Translations under genes and position numbers: made by a program
In this document: piece after piece, positions 61,935 to 64,000 of the stretch
Layout of the letters: each line of letters opens with the position of its first letter
Numbering within the stretch: the stretch's first letter is position 1
The notes under the pieces: generated by a model
Databases searched by the model: none
Seen by the model: only the letters and a program-made list of their open reading frames with translations
Told to the model about the DNA's origin: nothing
Source: Macrostomum lignano
Lineage: Eukaryota
Length of the DNA stretch: 64,000 nucleotides
Direction: 5' to 3'
Assembly (NCBI GenBank): GCA_002269645.1
Contig: NIVC01003503.1
Location: 30,612 to 94,611, forward strand

Positions 61935-63884
61935 TCTGTATCTAAGTGCTTAGAGTGCTGTCAGTGAATGAGACAGATGAATTTTGAACAGGGCATGAAA
62001 TTTACCCAGTTTTTATCCCTTTAAACAAATAAATTAGTCTCGACCAATAAGAGAAATGGAAAAAGCTACACCAGATTTTATATGAAGAAGAGATTTGTTT
62101 AATACGAAATATGTTTACACCTCTTAGGGGCCTACTATAAGTAGGAAATTAAGACTCGTAACCATTTTTGTTTTTAGCCCTGCAATATACTAATAAAATT
62201 TTGACTGCCTGTCTAAACCCCCCCACCCCATTGCAACTCCACATCTCCCCACCCGAAGCTATCCAATAGTAAACCAGCTGTCATTTTCCGTGACCCCCAC
62301 CCCAGCTGTGGCCATCTTGGTGTGTGGCCATCTTGGTCTTACACCCCTAGCTACCCTTTTTGTACACTGGAAAATCCTGTTGTACATTTCGCCTTCCAAA
62401 CTATGGCACATAGGCCAACTGTATCAGTGGTATCACAACAATCATTATATATTAGCCTAGAATTAGAAAGGTCAAAGCAAAGGCTTTGCACGGCAAGCAA
62501 GCAAAGCCCATTTCCTTGAATTAGCCATGGCTATAACTAATAGCTTAATGAAAATATTTGCCCCATAGGCTATTATATATTAAGTTTTCTCACTGAAACC
62601 AAAATAATGGCTGAATGATTTTTAATCCATTTAGGCCCTACCTATGCTATATTAGTATGAATGTAAATCTGAATTAAATTACAAAATCATAGGCATAAGC
62701 ACAGATAGGCATAAACAATTTTGATTGAAAATTATGGTTAGAGAATTTTCCAGTTGCAGAATAAGACTAGAAGGCATGAAACCTGGACTTTTTAGGCTAT
62801 AAAGCCTAAGGTAATATGTTTATACTGCACAAGAGAAGATGCAGAATGCAATTAGAATATTCGGATAATTGTGTTGAGATAAACAAAAATTAATACTAGT
62901 TTCGTCAAAAAAAATTATAAAACAGTAATAAAATCACAAAATATAGTTTTTTATACTTCATAGTTTAAGTATTCATTTACTTCATTTTAAGTATAATTTG
63001 GTGCACAGTTTTTCTAATATAAGTATTTTAAGTCATAAATTGGGTTTATAACATGATTCTTAAAAAACAAAGTCATATTTCAGTGAATAGCGCTACGTCC
63101 TTTTTGTTTTCTTATGTTCATAATATTACATGTAAGTTTCATTTCAGTCTGATCAAACAACTCAATGAATAAATACGTAAGTGGCATTAAATAACAGTTC
63201 CCATGCAGATTACATAAATTGTAATTGCAGTGTGCAGCAGAAGTGCAAGATTTGTAATTTAAAAATTCTATTCCCTCTACTCAAACAAGTAGTATCTTAA
63301 AAATTGAGAATTACAGGAATTGCAATCTTCGTATAAAACGAAATTGTAATTTTATGAAATTGCCTTACGAAAATTGCATTTCATGTACGAAACCGTAATA
63401 AAATTATAAGATTAATAATTTCTTCGCAATTTCGGGGGTCATGTGGCCGCGGGTCGCTGTGTATTGGGGGAGGGGGAGTGCGCGTGTTCTGCGTTCAACG
63501 CAAATAAAACCCTCGCGTGTTTGGGGAGCAGTTAAATTTAATGATCCCTCGGAAACAGGGGTTGGGCTTAGGCTGTGTGTACATAACAGTTGTACAATGT
63601 AAGCAGATAGCTAGGACTGTGCCGAGATTCAATTGGTTTTATTATCGGCGCCTTTAGTCAGCCCCTGCATTGGCTGGGCGGACAGACTGGTCGGGGCTAA
63701 AGGCTCTTTTTTATTGATTTTTACAGACGAAAAATCTTGTACGCTGGGTCCTTCTTAAGGAGGCGAATTTTCAATTCAGGTTTATTTCTCTCCAAATCAT
63801 AATCGATTGTGATCTCCAATCTGATCTGCCGATTTTGCAATTTTCTTCTGTTTGCTCATTTTTTATATTTACTATTTGCTTAAA

Positions 63885-64000
63885 ATGCCACCGAAACGCG
63901 GAAATATTTCCCGTTCTACACGCGCTGCATCGGCAGCCAAGAAGCGCAGGGCGTCGGAGACACCCGACGAGCGCCATCATCGTCTTGAAGCAAATCGACT
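63885..64000 (+). CDS. Probable N-terminus of a Helitron Rep/helicase-type protein (runs off the window)
   Basis: MPPKRGNISRSTRAASAAKKRRASETPDERHHRLEANR resembles ETxEERxxRL repeats that begin animal Helitron ORFs; only 38 codons visible. Confidence 0.45.
   Translation, partial: MPPKRGNISRSTRAASAAKKRRASETPDERHHRLEANR

Overview
Eukaryotic, animal-type genomic DNA: AT-rich, with GT-AG introns, many minisatellites and dense nested transposons. The style is reminiscent of a flatworm such as Macrostomum, but I cannot confirm the species. Only two clear host genes are present: a 5-exon CXorf65/C22orf15-family gene (1323-4908,+) and an RCC1-repeat RCCD1-like gene (14863-15915,+). The rest is mobile DNA. 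It includes a decayed I/Jockey-group LINE (~19.4-26.7 kb,-) whose ORF1 region carries an ALKBH2/3-type AlkB dioxygenase domain ahead of its CCHC zinc knuckles, with an intact ~208-bp-TIR mariner inserted in its endonuclease domain. There are three Gypsy LTR elements or derivatives that each carry a 3' accessory ORF, two EnSpm/CACTA-like transposase loci (one with a spliced DUF4806-like partner gene), two more mariners, a PHD-FLYWCH-MULE fragment, a probable Helitron start and several MITEs with target-site duplications (TSDs). The top candidate for novelty is the AlkB-carrying LINE; second is the shared non-env accessory ORF of the Gypsy elements. Most other ORFs in the track are repeat or antisense artefacts. 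All alignments were done by eye.
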